In this document: in pieces, positions 39,052 to 51,544 of the stretch
Position numbering within the stretch: position 1 is the first letter of the stretch
How the letters are laid out: every line of letters starts with the position of its first letter
Source of the DNA: Asterias rubens
Taxonomy: Eukaryota
Direction: 5' to 3'
DNA length: 64,000 nt
NCBI RefSeq assembly: GCF_902459465.1
Contig: NW_022985710.1
Coordinates: 1 to 64,000 of the forward strand
The notes under the pieces: generated by a model
Database searches by the model: none
Seen by the model: only the letters and a program-made list of their open reading frames with translations
Told to the model about the DNA's origin: nothing
Program-made: the position numbers and the translations under genes

Positions 39052-41324
39052 TCTTATAAATTCGGGATAATTCTTGCAATTGATTGAAAATGATAAATGA
39101 GTTGAATATTTGAACTATTTCAGACCGTCAACCAGCTGACGTTGGCTGCTCTAAAAATGTCGAACTTTCACCAAAAACTAAAATCCTAAACTGTGTGAAT
39201 TACTTCGCGACTCAAATCTTTTTCTCTCGAGAATTAACAGATTTCTAAAACGAGTGTTTAAACTGCTCACTGCCTCGGCTGATTTCAGTAGTTATTGCTC
39301 TGATGTTGTTCGTTGAACCAAGTGGAAACCAATGTTGATTTCACGGTGAGGCATTCCAATGAATTGCTTATTATTAGAGCTGTACAGCGGTCGGATTTCC
39401 AGGGCAACAAGCAAACAAAAACAACCAAGGCGAAATAATTTAAGGTTAAATTAATTATAGGTCAAATTTAGACAATATCGCATTGCACAACTAGTTATTA
39501 TCAGAACTTCGCGGCGGTGGTATTTCCAACTAAACGTAAACCACCATGGCGAATTAAATTAATTAGAGGTCAAATTTAACGCACAATTAAACAGCACAAA
39601 CAAATTTGTTTCAAGAATGGCACCGTTTACGTGTTTCCAGTTCAACAACTTGGCACAAACAACCAATAATAATTCAACGCAGAACCACACTGCGCAACCT
39701 CCGAGTAAAATCGATATTCGTATAGGTTGAAGAAGCAGTTATTGTTCCTGGTATTTAGGCATTAATTTTATGCACGACTCAAATTTAACTCACAAGAAGG
39801 TATTAGACTAGTTCAGACTATTACAAGTTGATTCCTCTAATTGGCGGACCATGAACACACTAACATTGACGCGGACCATTATATAACAGTGTATAGTCGC
39901 GTGTGACGTCACAGCAAGGTGTCTTCACATTGTCATTGCGTTACTCAAATTCCATAAAGAGGATCAGGACCCAGACCAGTATTTATCTCCAAATCTCTGT
40001 TGCAATACTTTGTGTTGATTCTCAAGTGTCTCTTTGTTTTTGCGTGACACTGTCTAAATTGTGTATAGGAATATCATGTATTAATAAAATTGAGTCTGGC
40101 CTATTCTGTGGGAATGGTTTGAGTCTGTTCGGGGTACCGATTTGCAAATTTTTGACAGATAGGTCACTTCGTCACCAGCGACGAATTATATAGTGTGCCA
40201 CCAAGAGTTTGATATAAAGATGCCTTGTATTCCCTCAGTGTAACATCAAACAATGTAACCGTAACTACAAATTGCTATCCTATCTACCACGCGAGAGGCA
40301 AGAGGGTATGTTCTACTCACGATGACAACTAACGGCATCCCGTACCCATGTTTTGCTCTATTACATCCAAGTGTTTGCACGCGCAAACTTTCATTGTAAA
40401 TCGTCCATTTTGTTTTTATCAGACTCTGGGGTATAATCAATGTTCCAAGTTTGTAATGTGTACGTCGTTTGATAAACATTAACTTAAGGAACAATAATTT
40501 TGTGTGCAATGAGATCGTTTTACTGTTTTTATTTTATTTTTTATTATTGTTTATTATTTAGACAATGAGACGAATTTGAAGTGGATTGGTAGATTGGTAA
40601 ACCATTTTATTGTTTACTGCACAAAGCCATTTTTGTTTATAATACCACACGACGTGGAAACAACAGGTCAGATCTAGTCTTTTCGTATCCTGAACACCGT
40701 AATATCTTTGTAAAAATGTCAAAAATTAAATAATATAAAAAGTTGGTTTCAGCAACTATCAATTGTTTTAAATCAAAAACCAAGTTTAAAGAAAAATCTT
40801 AAGCTAATCTGATTTTCTGACAAACGGCTAGATTCGCAAATCACCATGAATTAACTAACTGATTCCCGGCAGTAGCATACAATCCGCAGAATCGACAAAA
40901 CTAAAGACACAAAACTGCACTCCGAAAATTTCCGGATCAGAACTGACCAGGATTCTAGGTCCATTGAGGCGTAACCTATTTCCGATTCAGGCTGATGACC
41001 AGTAAAGTACTGAAAATGTGGGATTTTAATCCGCATTCTGTAATTTTCTACTAGTTTCTACGTCATTTTGAACCACATTCGAGTTCCTTACTGACCCCAA
41101 ATTGGATCAGGATCAACGGAAGCAAGATTCGAGTGCATGGGAAGTGTCATTCCTGACAGTCCATAAAAGCCACCAAAACGATTAAAATAGCGCACCACAT
41201 GATAACGTCTACTGTTATTAAAATCAAAGCAATTTCTGTCCTTCATGGTTTTACAAAAAGGCTTGCAAACCCAATGCCTCCGTTTAGCAATTCTTGGCCA
41301 TTAAGATTCGGATAGAGGCTTTCA

Positions 41325-41455
41325 GCCGTGTCTGAAACGCTGACTTCGGCTACAGCTACCGCTAGATCAGCGCGTCTGCCAGTGTTGAAGAATAGGCAGA
41401 CGCGCGCGATCTAGCCATAACTTGATGTAACCGAAATCGCCGTTTCGGACACGGC
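41325..41455. repeat. ~130-bp imperfect palindrome (fold-back element) immediately 3' of the UGT stop codon
   Basis: gccgtgtctgaaacgctgacttcggctaca..ctagatcagcgcgtctgcc / ggcagacgcgcgcgatctag..tgtaaccgaaatcgccgtttcggacacggc. Confidence 0.88.
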
Positions 41456-41469
41456 AGTTTCTATGAGCC

Positions 41470-41749
41470 TCACAGCGTCTTCATCTTCACTTGGGCGTAA
41501 TTCGTACATCGGCGACACATTAATCTGCATGCACACCCTAAAGTGATAACCACTGCAACGATGATGGACGCAGCGACGGCTATGACATCCAGTAGGTAAT
41601 ACTGGACGGTAGTTAGTTGACCCGCTTTGGATCGGAGGTAGCCACCCCCGTGAAGCATCACGTGTTCTACCCAGTGGGCGGCAACTTGGAGTTGTGGGGC
41701 CGCGTTGTGTTTCATGATGGCCGACATACGTTTGGCGTTGGCGGCGTAA
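41470..41749 (-). CDS. UGT: UDP-glucuronosyltransferase exon 4 (C-terminal TM helix, KMKTL di-lysine ER signal)
   Basis: tttatttcag acceptor; YAANAKRMSAIMKH..AAHWVEHV..YYLLDVIAVAASIIVAVVITLG; stop TGA. Confidence 0.92.
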
Positions 41750-42299
41750 CTGAAATAAACAAGACGGGGAAAGGGTGGCTTGTGTATTTAACGTCGACAA
41801 ATAACAATATCCGAATCGCCTTGTTGCGATGCTTCTGAGAAAATTTCAAAACAGTTACATCACTCTACACAAATCTTTCGACATCAATAGCCCGTCCCAC
41901 GGTTACCTCTGGGCCTGACTCATGTTTTGATTCAGTTTACGACCCGGAATCTGTGTCGAAATTACCTAGATTCCAAACCAAAATCCTGTTATTTTGTACC
42001 AGATTCTGGATCAGCTTGACCAAGACATGAGTCAGGTCAACTCGGAGCCGTATCTGGGTCAATTCTGACCCAAAACTTTCGAAGTGTGGATTTTCTCTGT
42101 TAAAAAAAAGAAGAAGAAAAACCAAGTTAATAACTATTAATAAAGCATTTCAACCTCTTCTTTTTTGTTAAAAAATACATCGTTGGTCTCTGTCAGACCT
42201 AGTATTTGATTCAACAGAATATATAGAACAGAAGATATCAGCTGATTATTTGAGGGACCTTTAGAAACAAATTTACTTTGATAATGAGCCGAGTTGTAC

Positions 42300-42519
42300 C
42301 TGTCATTGTTCAAGATGCGGACGGCTGTTTCGTAGATCATGTCCTCGGTAAAGTCTGCCATACTGATTATCTCTCCCATTCCTCGTCTTTTAAGGCGCAT
42401 TGCGAGGTCAATTTGGTCACCAAACTGCGGTATGGTCACAACAGGCACTCCGTGGAACATGGTTTCAGTCATCCCATTACTGCCCCCGTGGTAAATCAAC
42501 AGCTTGGTTTTGGGATGGC
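42300..42519 (-). CDS. UGT: UDP-glucuronosyltransferase exon 3 (UGT signature)
   Basis: ctccag acceptor and gtacaa donor; GHPKTKLLIYHGGSNGMTETMFHGVPVVTIPQFGDQ; phases match the neighbouring exons. Confidence 0.93.
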
Positions 42520-42541
42520 CTGGAGGTCAAATGCAAATATA

Positions 42542-42693
42542 NNNNNNNNNNNNNNNNNNNNNNNNNNNNNNNNNNNNNNNNNNNNNNNNNNNNNNNNNNN
42601 NNNNNNNNNNNNNNNNNNNNNNNNNNNNNNNNNNNNNNNNNNNNNNNNNNNNNNNNNNNNNNNNNNNNNNNNNNNNNNNNNNNNNNNNNNNNA
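42542..42693. other. Assembly gap (N run) in UGT intron 2
   Basis: Run of N; no coding sequence is predicted lost because exon 2 and exon 3 phases join. Confidence 0.97.
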
Positions 42694-43182
42694 GACGGAC
42701 CCGCCAGAGTCGCGCCGAAACAAATGGAATAGGAAGTGACTCTAGGTTGAACCAATTAAATGTTGCTTTCAGAAACAAACGCTAACTTGACATAACATTA
42801 CATTGTCTCGGCTCAAGACAATATCGACGTCTGGGACAAAGACGCTCCAGAGAGTCGTTCTGAACGACTGCAACAGTCGATTTGTCGACTTCTAGCTTGT
42901 CCAGTCGCTCCTATGTTTCAGATGTCGAACTGTTAATGTACTTAATTCAGATTTCGGTTCGGTTCTGCTATTTCATTCCACTGTAAAAACCTCAGTTTTT
43001 TTTAAATTATCTTACACGTCTTGTTTCAGCGCTTAGAAACCCGGTAACAAGCTCTATAAAAATGCCTGTTATTAATAGTATTACTCAATGTCAAATAAAT
43101 ATATTCAGCCGACACAAAGGGGCTTTTGTATACCATTAGTTCTATTTGGACATTTTATTTAAGTATATAAAGTTCAACTTAC

Positions 43183-43402
43183 CTAGAACGTCATTTTGTG
43201 GTAACCACGTCACAGCCTTGGTGTTACTACCGATATTCTTGGGCGGCTGACCGTGAATTCTCCAAAGTACTCGCTGGGGAAGTCGCGCCATTGCCCTGGC
43301 GACCATATCTGCCTGACTCTCGCTCATGATCTCAACCACGGAACCCAATGAGAAAACAACGACACCGGCATCTCCAGATCCCTCGAAGAATTCCTCCAAA
43401 TC
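43183..43402 (-). CDS. UGT: UDP-glucuronosyltransferase exon 2
   Basis: tttacag acceptor and gtaagt donor; DLEEFFEGSGDAGVVVFSLGS..LPQRVLWR..WLPQNDVL. Confidence 0.94.
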
Positions 43403-43514
43403 CTGTAAATAAAATAAACACTTTACTCGATATTGTATAACAAACAACCGACTCAACAAAAATTACTTTATTTTCATATTTTCTTTCATAGGTTTGTTTG
43501 TACCGCCTTGTTAA

Positions 43515-43843
43515 AGGCAGTGGACACTATTGGTAAATACTAAAAATAATTATTAGCATAAAACCTTTCTTGGTGACAGACTCCCTCTGAAGTGTCATAG
43601 TTTTGGAGAAAGAAGTAATTTTCCACGAACTTGATTTCGAGACCTCAAGTCTTGAGGTCTCGAAATCAACCATCTAAACGCACACAACTTCGTGTGACGA
43701 GTGTTTTCTTCTTTCATTATTATCTCGCAACTTTGATGACCGATTGAGCTCAAATTTTCACAGGTTTGTTATTTTATGCATACGTTGAGATACACCAACT
43801 GTGAATGCTAGTCTTTGACAATTACCAATAGTGTCCACTGCCT
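43515..43843. mobile_element. MITE family 1 copy in UGT intron 1
   Basis: TTAA-AGGCAGTGGACACTATTGGTAA...TTACCAATAGTGTCCACTGCCT-TTAA. Confidence 0.9.
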
Positions 43844-43933
43844 TTAAGCTGACAATATTCCACCCATTTCAAGCTAACCATATTGTTTTGTCTTCACCGC
43901 TTTACTCTTATCGGTTCCTAGCCACCAATAATA

Positions 43934-44269
43934 TGGGGCGCCGTCTGTCAATCAATTGTTTGGCACTTTTAAGGCATATTTTTACCATGGTTTATAGCAA
44001 TTAGATGTAAACCATAGAAAGTGTTGCCAAATCCTTTTTATGGTTTACATACCAGCAGTATTTGTTGTGTGTAAGTTTATGGTTTACAAACAATGAAAAT
44101 ACAATAAACATTTATAAACCATGGTTCATAAACCATGGAAGTTTACGCATCTCTAAAACATGGTTTATAAACCATAAGTATTGAATCATCAAATTCATGG
44201 TTTACAAATCATGATTTATAAACCATGAAAATTGAAACATGTGAATCCTGGTTTACAGACGGCGCCCCA
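43934..44269. mobile_element. TA-flanked MITE with perfect 15-bp TIR and AAACCATG/CATGGTTT subrepeats
   Basis: TA-tggggcgccgtctgt...acagacggcgcccca-TA. Confidence 0.85.
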
Positions 44270-44642
44270 TAGACGAATTATATACAAATTAGTAGCTTTG
44301 CTTGTTAAAACTCCTTTACCCCCCGTTTTCTGGATACTGTCCACTGTCATTTACTAAATGAATATTGTGTTGTACGTGTTTATGCTAGCCGAAGAAAGTC
44401 CCGTTTAAATCGAAAGCTAAGGCCATCTACCCTACGAATTTTGTACTAATATTTGCCGATGAGTGCTGACGAGTCCGAAACTGTCTAGTGTCAAGAAGAG
44501 AGATTAATTTATATGTCAAAAATTGACGAGCTGATTTTCTGAATTTCTTATAAATGTATGTTTAATTTAAAGGAAACAACTTATTTTGCCACCAACTACT
44601 CATTCGCTACACATTCTGTGTACTCGAACGACCCACCATCTG

Positions 44643-44928
44643 GGCCCAATTTCATATAGCGCTGGTTAGCGGCCGATTATGTGCTAACTGTGAAATTTCT
44701 ATTTCATAGCGCTGCTAACCGTAAGCACACGGAAAGGCATGCTAACCTTCAAGTGCTTACCACACAAAAATAAATGACGTCACAATGCAAATCCACGGTA
44801 AACACGCGACATGCCAGCCCATTTTTTGTCTGCTAACCTGTGAAATACACTTAGGCTTAAGCAATTTTTTCTGCTATACAGTTAGCACGCAAATTTGCTA
44901 ACCTTTAGCAGTGCTATGGAATTGGGCC
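44643..44928. mobile_element. Harbinger-like MITE, CTG TSD
   Basis: CTG-ggcccaatttcata...ctatggaattgggcc-CTG. Confidence 0.8.
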
Positions 44929-45277
44929 CTGTGCAGTAACATAAAGAGGGTAAGCAGCCATAAAAAGTACAAGCAGATGAACCCACCAAACGCTTATATA
45001 ATTTTTACTCATTATTTTGTGGAGTTTTAGCCTTGCAATGCAACTATTGGAGTATCTATATCCTCCCGTGACCGTTTGATTTTTGGGGGGACTAGTCCTT
45101 ACGCACGTGACGTCATTTCAGTAGGGCGCCCTCACCTAGAAGTCAAAAGGAGGCTGTTCGTTCCTGTGCGCCGTGTGTATAAATCTGTGCGTTTCGATTG
45201 TTTCGTCACCGTTTTACCTCTAAGATGGCGGCTGGATGACGCCAACAGGTCTATTGCAATTATTGTGTATTACTTAC

Positions 45278-46207
45278 CTTATCCAGAGGTTTAGGTTCGT
45301 CTGCTGATAATCCTCCTACCATAATTGTATTAGGCATGATCGGTCTCGCGTAATCAATCGCAAAATGCGTATTGAAAAGCCATATCTCCGCAGCACGTGT
45401 GATGTCCGCCATCGTCAAATCCGGCCGGATGTTGTACTTGACCCGGAGCTCATCGTACAGCCGGAATGTGAAGTGATCCGCGATGAGCGAGGTCAAGAAC
45501 AACGCCACGGAGTTTTGGAACCTCTGCAGGAACGTCATGGAATCTCCGGATGTACTCATGAACATTGGGACGTAGGCGGGGTTGGAGGGCACGTCAGACC
45601 AGCGATCTTGGAAGCCGTTCAACATTGGCATCGCCGTTATGATTGCGTACCGCAGGGACAACTTCTTGGCGATGAGGGCCATGCAGGGGTTGATAATGTC
45701 AAAGGTCATGAGGTCAAAGTTGAGACTTCGAAGTCTCTCCATCATCCCTTCGTTGCCGAGGAAGGCGTTGCATTCGTGAGCTAGATACTTGGACATTGGT
45801 TTTGTTGGTTTCAACTGCTCCCGTTTCTCCTCCTCGGTCGGTTCGGATTTGGTGCCCAAAATGAGATTCATTAGGATCTTGACGTGGGACGAAATGCCTT
45901 GATAGGTACCGTTTAGAGACTCTAAACCAAGCTGATGGGCCATTTGGCGTACGTCCCCGTAAGTGTACGGCGAGTCTAAGACTTCGAACTTGAACCACTC
46001 GGTGTCGCTGCTGTTCAAACGGTGGCTATAGGAACTACTGAGAAGGAAAGTGACATCGTTACCCCGTCGTACTAACTCACGACCTATCTTGGAGCTGAAC
46101 AAGTAATGGGTGTTGTCTACACCAGCAGACATGAGAATCTTCCCCGCCTGGACGTACTGTATCAGACAAAGCCACAGGAGGATGGCAGACAATACTGCAC
46201 GGGCCAT
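45278..46207 (-). CDS. UGT: UDP-glucuronosyltransferase exon 1 (signal peptide plus aglycone-binding N-domain); full CDS 1650 nt, 549 aa
   Basis: accATGG Kozak; signal peptide; THY with the catalytic His position; FDLMTFD; PSNPAYVP..MTFLQRFQN; PRPIMPN-like YARPIMPNTIMVGG; AAG|gtaagt donor. Confidence 0.95.
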
Positions 46208-46346
46208 GGTTACTATTCGGAATCCAATTGAGCAATGGCAAGCTACCGTTTATACATGTTCTGATAGTTTATTAGGTATAAATCACATGATAATGTAACC
46301 CTTTCCGTTTAAGTAACTTTTTAAAAACTGTACCAGCATATCTTTG

Positions 46347-46416
46347 TTTATATAACACCCAAGCAGATCCTTGCCATTTGATTGGAGGATTGTCCGTCAC
46401 GTGCACGCTGAGTCAC
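46347..46416 (-). promoter_or_regulatory. Predicted UGT proximal promoter: TATATAAA (46347-54), CCAAT (46381-85), E-box CACGTG (46398-403), GCGTG core (46404-08), ARE-like GTGACTCAGC (46407-16)
   Basis: Motifs read directly on the minus strand, in canonical order and spacing, 140-210 bp upstream of the ATG. Confidence 0.6.
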
Positions 46417-46592
46417 TCACCGTGCTTTTTCGTTCCATCCGAAAAGTACCATAATCCTTATTGCAGATAGCGATTTTGAACAACTGCGCTTGTGCGCGCA
46501 AAGGACTGTGGGAAAAATTTGGCACCTCGCTCAAAAAAGTAAACAACGTTCAATTCAACGTTTGGATCGTACACGATCGATCGGTTTGCAAA

Positions 46593-48994
46593 ATGGATGT
46601 GGCAGGAGTGACCAAGAAAGAGCTGACTGATAGAATAAATAGTTCTGGCATAGACGAACTAAGGTAATCTTTAGCTAAAGTGAATGTGCCAAGACACAGT
46701 AGTTAAAGACAAACTCCAAAGGCGACATTTTTTCGCGATAAAATTACTGTTTTTAGGTTTGCCCGTCTACGTCTGTAGGTAGGGCGTCGGAAGACTGACA
46801 TTGACAAGGTCAATGGCGAGAAGTTGCAACACGGATCAGTGACCCTCCCGCAACCATCAGTCACCCTCGAAGGATCGGAAATAACAACCAAAACTTCCCA
46901 CCAGTGACTCCGATTTGTGCTGATAAATACTTCGACATAAGCATGGACGACCTCCATGACAAAAGTAAGACATTGTTTTCTGTTACAAAACAGGGAAACA
47001 TTGCCAAGGCCCAACGTCATGATGATCGAGGACTGCCATGACTGTTTTACAAAAAATAAAAACATTTCTTATTCCTGGTTTAGATAGAGTCTAGATATAG
47101 CTCTATGGATAAAGCCCATCAATTGTGACATTGTCTTGATTCGATTATATCTGTAATTGTATGCCACTAATCAGCAATGACGTGGACGTAAATAGAATAG
47201 CTTTCAATCATGGTACATGTAGTTGTACATTTTTAAAACTTTATGTGGCAGATGATACTTTTTCCTTATTTCTCACACCATCAACTTTTTAGGTCTACCA
47301 CTGATATGGTTCAAAATTAAAGTGACCAAAAGTGACTAAGTAATTGTGGTTTATGTTTATATTTATTAATATAAATCTATTTCTACCTCCATGGTTTACC
47401 GTAGATCATGACATGACAAGTACGACAAGGTTCTGGTGTAGGTCCTAGCATACTTCTAGTTTCTAGAACTTAGAAGTAGTCCTAGCATAAACATTTTTTT
47501 ATCAAGGGTTCAGTTTATACAAGTTGGATGTACACGTTTTGTACGAACATGATTCTGTGCATAATATAATTACATACTTTGTGCTTTGTTTTGTGCATGT
47601 ATAACAAAAATGATACTTTTAGTACACTGTACCATAAAGCATCAAGTTGTAAGCTTTATTGTTAGACCCTACTGGTACTGTAATAATGGTATGTTTGTTA
47701 TGTCTATAATTTTATCATATGATATGAGACTGAGTTTTTGTAGGTTTGTAATTCGAAAAGCAAGGACTAGGTCACATGAGCGAAACCCTTCTTAAGGTAG
47801 GAATTTGAAAAAAGAATATAATTTCTTTTAAATTTTTGTTTTCAAATAAGTTTGATTTATTCAATAACAAAAATAGATTCTGCATTGGGCATCCTCAAAA
47901 AATAAATCCTTTTGGTTTTACTTGGAAATTGTTACCATTTAACTTTATTATTTTGGGGGCAACTATCCCAATTAATACATTTTTGGTTATGATAGACTAA
48001 TAAAAAGCCATATTGAGAGGACTATTTATACGGTAACTCGCTTTTATATTCTTTATAAATAATAGGCTATATTTGTACATCTGTTAAACCTGATTCTAAA
48101 CTAATTATACCGATAGGTCTCATTTTGTAGTTTAATTGGGTGAAAAGTCATTTCAAACCTTGCCATCAAAGAAGTATTGTGAGCACTTAAATGTGATTCT
48201 CTGCAAACTCTGCATCTTAAAAATTTGGATTTAAATTAACAAGTAAGTTGACTGGCACTGTGGTCAGGTGGTTCAGGGCCCACTAATAATGGGTTCAGTA
48301 CTGCCAGAGGCAATTTGTAATGTATTAAGCTGTATCATGACTTCACAAAGCCAACATTAAAACAATTGATATTTATTAAGCTGCAGCCACCTTTGGCAAA
48401 CACGTCATGCATGTCAGAGTCCTTGTTCACAAAAAGACTCTAGAAGAGGGGTCAGACTATCTGCTACACCCACAGGTTGGAATGGAATCTTAAAGATGAC
48501 TGTGCCATGATAAACATGCAGCTATGTATAAAACCTGTGACAAATTCTTGGTTGTGAATGCTATATCATGCATGTTGTGAATTTAACTCCCGGGGTTGGT
48601 GTGAAAACAATTGTTCACAATCTAACCAGCATCTGTAATTATTTGACCCATTTTATGGTGAGAGTTTAAAGGTTTCATTGATAACTGTGGGTACACATAA
48701 TTTAACTCTTGCTGAAAATAAATCCAAAACTGTCACACTTTTTGTTCAATATATTTGTTTACAAACACTTTTTTATTTACAATTTCCATCCTTTATTTTT
48801 TTTCTTCAAATATTTAAATTGGTAATATTAACTTTATAACACACTTGGTATTTTCATGGCCCCTTAAAAACACTTACATTGCAGTTTACTTCACTCAATT
48901 ATTATCTACCCTTGTTTGCCTCAGGTATTGTTCACGTTGACTGTACTGAGGCGGTTAACTACAACCCTCTAGATCTTTGCAATTGCAACCCTTG
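46593..48994 (+). pseudogene. Divergent decayed multi-exon gene with SAP-like motif (candidate exons 46593-46663, 46757-46964, 48925-48994)
   Basis: Canonical GT/AG sites with matching phases; IDELRFARLRL*VGRRKTDIDKV resembles a SAP domain; contains a stop and a frameshift. Confidence 0.35.
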
Positions 48995-50873
48995 GTATTA
49001 TTTAAATCTTTGCATTATGAAGTATTATTGTATGATTTAAGTAACCAGAATAAATGAAGCTTTAAACTCTTCAAGACAGTGGAAATGGACGTTTGGACAG
49101 TGTTATTGTTTGTATTGTATTGTATTATTCTACTTTCTCTGAGAATTGTAGCCTACAACCGCAGGACGCCACGCACAGGCATATTAAGAAGCACTTGCGA
49201 TACCTTCGCTTGCGTCACAGTTCACTCTGCAATTAACATTTATCTTTTCATCGCCAATTTACGTGTCATCAGTCAAAAATGGCCTCAAGAGCATGAAGAC
49301 ACACATACACACACACAGCCTTTAGTCAATTCAGAAGATGGTCAATGAGCTCTCCTGCAGCAAAAGAAGTAGGATGTGGTTGGTCGAGTCCACAAAACAA
49401 CAGTACAGATCACATCTTTGGAGTGAACACAGAACTGGGAGAATAGCTGCTTCCAATATGAGTCCTGTCACGAAGCATGTTGATGCACAAGTAATTATCT
49501 GAAAGATAAAGCAGACAAAAACTAAGGGAATAAATGAGTGGTTACAAGTTCTTAAAAAGGCGTTTAAAACAGGCAGGGTTGTGGTCGTTCAGCCCTTGTT
49601 TCCTCATTTACGTATCTTATTTGATGACCTGACATGTGTTGCATTTTAATGACTGAGACAGTTTTCGGATGCATTGTGTGGTGTGTGCGTAGTTAGTCTT
49701 GGTGCAAGACGTTTCTTGTTTTGCTTTCACACCCAGCGCGACCAACTCACAAACATCGCCCGTATCGGTGAAACAGCTAGCACCAAGACCAGCACATATT
49801 ATGCATCTAAACATATCCGAAAACAACCGGTTATAAACAGCTCCAGCTGGTCTTTATCACTCGTTAACTTTAAACACCCTGACCCCACGTGAAGCGCTCT
49901 CCACCACAACAGGAATGCAGATAGCGAAACTGATTGAGGTATTTATGAATGATCTTTTGCCTTGGAAATCATTACCAAACACTCTGCCCTGAAAGTCAGT
50001 CATGACTAATATGACTATGAGCTAATTAATGAGCAGTATCATCACAATATTGATATTATATTCTGAATATAATATCAATATCTGTCATCTCTAAAAAATG
50101 TTGAGGAATATATAATTGAATAGGCCTATGTTTCTTTTTTAGTTTCTACCACCAATCACACATACAATAAACATCTAGCCTATACAATACTCAAATTGTA
50201 GCCTACAGCTTGTTGGGTTTGACATGCTTGATGATTTGCTTGATGATATTAACTCTTTGGTGTTCATTCAAAGTCAAAAGAACATGCATGGACCTACCTA
50301 CGTATGTACGTACATGTACAGTCCCTCGTTCTTCCGTGGAGTCGCAAAGCACACACACTGGTCCGATGGCATTATTGTCGTAGTTTTTTTTATATTAATA
50401 ATACACAACTGACATGGCTAAATAAAGCGTGGAGGTACACCCATTCGTGGGTGAAACTGTCTTCCGCCACAGCAGAAGCATGACCGTCCACCACAAACAA
50501 TGTCAATGTTTACAAACTTATTGTTTACAAAAAAACTTTGTAGAACACGTTACGTGCGTTATTTTGACGACCGTATAACTAGAGGTGCAAAATATTTCCC
50601 ACAATCCTTTGCGGGACGTCGAATTTTTGCTATCTGCAATAAGGTCTATTGCACGCTGCCAGCGTGCAATGGTACTTTTCGGATGGAACGAAAAAGCTGA
50701 GTAAAAACATCACTGCGTGCGTGTTGTCTTCGGTAACGCAGCAAGGCATATTAGTAAAATTACTAGCATTCGTCTTCTACAATTAAAAATTGGAGGCCTA
50801 CGCTTTGTTTGTTTTGAAAGTTGTATCTTTCAATCAAAATGACAAAGATCTACTTGGATGTTATATAAAACAA

Positions 50874-51030
50874 ATAATGAATGTTTTTCAATTCGTGCAA
50901 TGGTGCGAATATGTTCATTCGTTGAAAGCTGGAATGTTCCATTCAACTCGGCTCCGCCTCGTTGAATAGAACATTCCATCTTTCAACTCATGAACATATT
51001 TGCACCATTGCACTCATAAACATTCATTAT
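50874..51030. repeat. ~157-bp imperfect palindromic element with central ctcggctccgcctc
   Basis: ataatgaatgttt..gtgcaatggtgcgaatatgttcat..gttgaaag.tggaatgttc / gaacattcca.ctttcaac..atgaacatatttgcaccattgcac..aaacattcattat. Confidence 0.85.
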
Positions 51031-51156
51031 GTGTATAATAAAGATAATTGAGAGCCAATGCGTGTAGGGTACCAACCAGCAACATATTTATGTCAAAAGT
51101 TTTACATTTCGGAGTATGGTGATCCGTTCGTCGAGATTTTCTTCAAGTATTGAGGG

Positions 51157-51344
51157 TATAGACCTTTATCATGCTGCCACCATGGTCATGTTCCCTGTAT
51201 CCAACCACAGTAATGGATGCTAATACTCATTGCACTAAAAGGAATCAGACTAATTCTTCTTCCAGCATCAGTTTGGTTACATTGATTTGAATGTGAGCAT
51301 TGAATGGGAGAAAATCAAGATGGCTGCGCCATGATAAAGGTATA
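51157..51344. mobile_element. Short TA-ended MITE
   Basis: tatagacctttatcatg ... catgataaaggtatata inverted termini. Confidence 0.65.
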
Positions 51345-51544
51345 TAGGGCCTTATACATCAAAGTTGACTTTAGAACACTATTATGTCATCGAACTTCCA
51401 GCTAAATCGTATCATTGTTACGCAGACCCGAATGACCACATTATTCCTTAGATCACTGACCCTTCTCCTTCCCGCCTTCGTGCATCATCAAGCTAATCCG
51501 CCTCCACAATACTTAAGCAGCATGCAGCATCAGAGTCCAGCTTT

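Noticed and set aside
42278-42785. ORFs spanning the N run
   Set aside because: Artefacts of translating through the gap; the real exon 3 begins at 42519.
44385-44495. Hammerhead-like strings (CTGACGAGTCCGAAACTGTC; CCGAAGAAAG..GAAAGCTA)
   Set aside because: Helix II is collapsed or unpaired and helix I is absent; at best these are decayed remnants.
49617-49826. Cys-rich ORF (FRCIICAG..C..LKCNTCQ) as a zinc finger
   Set aside because: Short, with no supported splice context or recognisable family; cannot be supported without a search.
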